Under the pieces are notes generated by a model, which was not told the DNA's origin, made no database searches, and saw nothing but the letters and a program-made list of their open reading frames with translations. A stretch of DNA of 64,000 bases from Candidatus Freyarchaeum deiterrae (lineage in GTDB: Archaea; Asgardarchaeota; Jordiarchaeia; Jordiarchaeales; Jordiarchaeaceae): NCBI GenBank assembly GCA_037305845.1, contig CP147778.1:512001-576000 (forward strand). The letters run 5' to 3'. Positions 63,803-64,000 of the stretch are shown piece by piece. Positions within the stretch are counted from its first letter, which is position 1. Every line of letters begins with the position of its first letter. The position numbers and the translations under genes are program-made.

Positions 63803-64000
63803 TTGACCGGGGACTTAGTTAAGGTTGACAAAAAGGGGAGAATTTTTATACCTACTAAGATTCGGAAGGAGTTAAATATTAAGAACATTGTTGAGATTGA
63901 GGTTCAGGGGAGGAAGATTATTTTGAAGCCGGTTGAAGATCCCTTGGATTCCTTGGAAAAAATGGTTGTTAAAGGTACGAAGGATGTTGAGAAAGAGATT
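63803..64000 (+). CDS. AbrB/MazE/SpoVT family DNA-binding protein, runs off the window end
   Basis: Manual translation: VKVDKKGRIFIPTKIRKELNI...KIILKPV; three gtggga repeats upstream. Confidence 0.88.
   Translation, partial: MTGDLVKVDKKGRIFIPTKIRKELNIKNIVEIEVQGRKIILKPVEDPLDSLEKMVVKGTKDVEKEI

Overview
Archaeal chromosomal window (TTTATATA TATA boxes, GGAGG/GGTGA ribosome-binding sites, T-tract terminators, AfpA/DUF1122/CopG-type archaeal genes). A membrane-anchored longin-like protein and a large lipid-catabolism repertoire suggest an Asgard-type archaeon; this is inference, not a database result. Lipid and acyl-CoA genes dominate: 3 long-chain acyl-CoA ligases, 3 crotonases, 2 3-hydroxyacyl-CoA dehydrogenases, an acyl-CoA dehydrogenase, a PaaI thioesterase, 3 tandem SCP2 lipid carriers and a Grs/Gms-like radical SAM enzyme. 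The window also holds FAD/Fe-S oxidoreductases, a uvrB-uvrA-uvrC operon, several gene remnants and a decaying MNT-HEPN toxin-antitoxin pair. I saw no rRNA, tRNA, CRISPR array or transposase. The strongest unexplained signal is non-coding: a ~240-nt element (TATA box, 20-bp palindromic operator, conserved and apparently structured leader ending in a hairpin over the ribosome-binding site) that occurs three times, ahead of an acyl-CoA ligase and two SCP2 genes. It shows compensatory base changes, and two copies share a 77-bp perfect inverted repeat. It is a candidate new archaeal lipid regulon with a riboswitch-like cis-RNA.
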